A DNA stretch of 64,000 bases from NCBI GenBank assembly GCA_026770705.1, contig JANJGN010000036.1, forward strand, positions 2,294,001 through 2,358,000. The letters run 5' to 3'. The number at the start of each line of letters is the position of its first letter. Position 1 is the first letter of the stretch. This DNA comes from Isurus oxyrinchus. Lineage: Eukaryota. The position numbers and the translations under genes were made by a program. This document shows positions 60,574 through 64,000 of the stretch, one piece after another. Under the pieces are notes generated by a model. That model worked only from the letters and a program-made list of their open reading frames with translations. It was not told the origin of the DNA and searched no databases.

Positions 60574-63500
60574 TTGAAATTGACTTACTGAGTGGCTGCA
60601 GTGAAAGAGGGCAACCACTTCTCAGAGTACTTGACAATCAAACTTGACAGGGCAAACGTACGTTAGAAATTAAATTGTTAAATAATGACACAGAGTGAAG
60701 GGCATTACTGAGACAGAATGAAATGTAGAGTTTGGTCTGATGCTGTTGGACTGAATGCACCATGTCCTTGTGTCCATGGTATCTATTTTCTTTAGTTACT
60801 TAGTGATATCGGAATTGACAAGTTTTGGATTTTTTTCCAAAGCAGACACTGTACAAAATATATTCTGTCAAAACAAAGACATGATCTGATCACGTATTAA
60901 GTTTGTAGAAATACAAAAAAACACAAACTATTTGAACAATGATGGAAAGTGAGTTTCCGAGTGAAGATACCGAAGGATATAAATTAACGGCTTTGGGAAT
61001 GTATTGCTCTCGTGGTTAATTCAGAGACATTGCCGGCAGCGTGAAGGGACAGATCACTTCACACAAAAGCTCATGAACATATTTTACAATTTCAGGAAAA
61101 CATAACATGATTCTTGCCGTCATTGGTGTTTCTGGTAAGTTACTGCAACCATTGACGTTGTATGGTGTTTATGGATTTACTCTGTGACTGATAAAGTTCC
61201 ACGCTCTTTTAGTTTTGACGGTTATCCACACGAGCCCAATGATATCATTTCATTAATTCAAAAATCCTTAATTATCTCCATGACTTGATTCCACTGCATT
61301 GCTTGAAAATGAACCTTTGTTTGTAGCTCCCAGGATCTCTGAATAGTCCAGTTATTTGCTTATTTTGAGAATTGCATCATGTTGTATCAACTCTCAGTGC
61401 AGACATGGCCCTGAGGGAAACTCAGCGTGGGAGTCCCAGTCAGTGTGTTTTCACACTGCGTAAGGCCCAATAAATGGAGTGAAGCAAACAACCCCAGTGA
61501 CCAAGGGTAAACGGGAGTGTCTGTTACTGTAGAGCTGCACGAAGAAACATGGAATCATTGAAAGTCTACAGCACAGAAAGAGGCCATTCGGCCTATCTTG
61601 CCTGCGTAGGCCTCAAAACCTGGCACCCTGGGAGCCACCTTAGCCTGGGGATTAACTGGATGATTAGACCTGAATGCGGTACGTGTCACTAGGGGTATCT
61701 GTCAGTGTGGTGTTATGCAGAACAACCTGCGTGGAACATCTGGTCCCAGTGTATCATGTATCATTGGAAGACTTTATCTGTGAAGAACTTTTTGGAATGT
61801 AGGTCTCTAACTGGAGTGGGATGCCTGATGCTGATGCCTGTCCATTATTGAGAGTAGAAACTCACAATGTGCTGGAAATTCTCAACAGATCGGGAAGCAT
61901 TTGTAGAGAGAGAAACAGTTTTAATGATTAGAGTCAAATATTCGATTCAAAAACTCAAATCCGCTTCGCTCTCCGCAATTGCTTCCAGACCTGTAGAGTA
62001 TTCTTTGCACTGTATATTTTGTTTCAGATTTCCAGAATCCATAGTGATTTGTTTCCATTGTTGGGAGCATGCTTCCTTGTAGAACTTAGCTCAGTTCCGT
62101 TCCCGAACGGGAGCCAAACCCCTGCCTCCAGCGACAATTTATTGCCGGGAGTGTTTGTGACTGTAGATTGAGACTTAGGGTGTGTCAGGAAACTGAATAG
62201 AAATCCTGATCCGAATGAGCATGTATTAGTGGGAGTACTGATCATGGTGAAATTGTACTGAGGTAGGGTTGCTAACAGCACTGGACGAAACTGACCCCTG
62301 TGATGATTTGGCACTGGGAATATTTGTCGTTCTCGCATTGAACTAAGTGTGTGTCTCAAAGGACATGAAGCAAGTTAGTTACATGTTAAATCATTGTTTC
62401 AGGAAACTGAACGCCCTGGATATACTTTTGTATTTAGTTATCGATTAGAAAGAGGAAGGTTTTCACTGTTGGTTAATATTTGGTAATAAGTTCATCAATT
62501 GTAATTTTTTGATGCTGTTCTGTCCCTCAATCAAATGCACTTTTAACTTTTGACTAACTGGTAAGCAGAAGAACAATGCTACTCTATTTAGACCCTCTAA
62601 AATTATGAATTGTTGCACAGTAATTCTAAAGACTGTTGTTGTTTTGGTGCTTATACATCAGGCCACTAACTTAAAACCCTATGTGTTAGAAAGATCCAGT
62701 CTCCCGACATTCTAGGTAAAGACGTTTCTCTGGAGTTCACTCTTGTATTCAATAGAGGCTCTCCTACATTAATTAACTGCACATTCCATCTTTCTACCAA
62801 AGGGTAGTATTGTCCTCATATTTTCCCTCTCAATCCCCTTGACATTTTAAAGTTCTCCATTTGATTATTCCTCAGTTGCCTGTTTTCTAGAGATTAGAGT
62901 CACAGCCAGTTACTCGTCCTAACAGTTATCATCTCTCGGATATGACACTTTTCCTGAGAATAATATTTGCACGTCTGTAAAGTTTCGATCTCGATTTCGT
63001 AATATGAAGGCCAGAAATATAGACAGGACCCTTAACATAGTGTAGTTCGAGTTCCATAAATGAATAAATATACTCTTTCCAATTGTATTCTTCTTTGCCT
63101 ATTAAAAAACCCCAGTTCTTTGATCGCATCTTCACCGTGTTGTTAGACATCATTTCTGTCTTGAATCACTTGTGACTCTCTTCCCCTCAAAACCTGTTCT
63201 CCATTGTTTAGTTTATGATTTGTTTGCCTCATTTTACCTGAAATGTCTTCAAATTTGTATTATTCATTCTTTCAACTCTTATCTGAGAGGCAATTGCTCC
63301 CTTTCAGGTTTCCCTTCGTTTTCTGCATCTGAATCCTCAACAACTGTTCATTATTCTTCAATTGGCCAAAGAGGCTTCTTGCCTTAGAATTTGAAGTTGC
63401 TCCCTGGATGCCCATTGATATTTAGATGCATGCCAGTCCGCCCTCTCTGCACCCAAGGCAAGAAGCTGCCCTTAAGCTGCCATATGGCTGGATCTTTCCT

Positions 63501-63726
63501 GGACTACAACCAAACAGTCTTTCCCAACCAGTTTCCCTCGACCATCTCTCATGCTTCCCTTTTAAGGGTCCCATTTGAAATGTATTATTTTGTTTTGGTT
63601 CATCTACAACCCACTTTGGAAACCCTTCCCACATTACTGGCTATGCATTGCTGAGGTTTCCTGCTTCAACCTTTGTTTTTCCTTATCACTCCCACTCCCT
63701 TCTTAACCAGACTCAACCATGTCCAT

Positions 63727-64000
63727 AACAAAAACAGAATTACCTGGAAAAACTCAGCAGGTCTGGCAGCATCGGCGGAGAAGAAAAGAGTTGACGTTTC
63801 GAGTCCTCATGACCCTTCGACAGAACTTGATTTCGAGTCCAAGAAAGAGTTGAAATATAAGCTGGTTTAAGGTGTGTGTGTGGGGCGGAGAGATAGGGAG
63901 AGAGAGAGGTGGTTGTGTAGACAAACAAGCAGTGATAGAAGCAGATCATCAAAAGATGTCAGCGACAATGGTACAAAAGAACACATAGGTGTTACTGTTA
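63727..64000 (-). mobile_element. Penelope terminal fragment running off the window end
   Basis: Near-identical to 53819-54056. Confidence 0.8.

Noticed and set aside
62075-62115. FGNGTELS J-like peptide on the minus strand
   Set aside because: No upstream YYC or V framework, no RSS, and no GT donor at the expected position; likely chance.

Overview
Vertebrate genomic DNA, most likely from a cartilaginous fish; this is inferred from its CR1/HER1-type LINEs, Deu-domain SINEs and Penelope elements. Positions 1 to about 58,550 hold three diverged tandem copies (period about 23-24 kb) of a cassette of immunoglobulin-superfamily genes. Each gene has the layout leader / germline-joined VJ exon / C1 exon / transmembrane (TM) exon / short cytoplasmic exons, which is a TCR- or Ig-light-chain-like architecture with no RSS. 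Each cassette has a minus-strand gene (here B) head-to-head with a plus-strand gene (A), followed by a decayed A paralog (C). Manual splicing gives three apparently intact genes: B2 (17754-22447, minus, 318 aa), A2 (24924-29084, 275 aa) and A3 (48749-53271, 302 aa). The other six copies are pseudogenes or remnants. A2 has a TM Arg and a truncated tail. A3 has a neutral TM and a TxYxxL motif, so the two look like an activating/inhibitory pair. All five A/C C1 exons can read through to GSC*, a light-chain-like terminal Cys. The rest is CR1 and Penelope retroelements, a probable LTR, SINE fragments, microsatellites and four N gaps. All gene models are hand-derived and lack transcript support.
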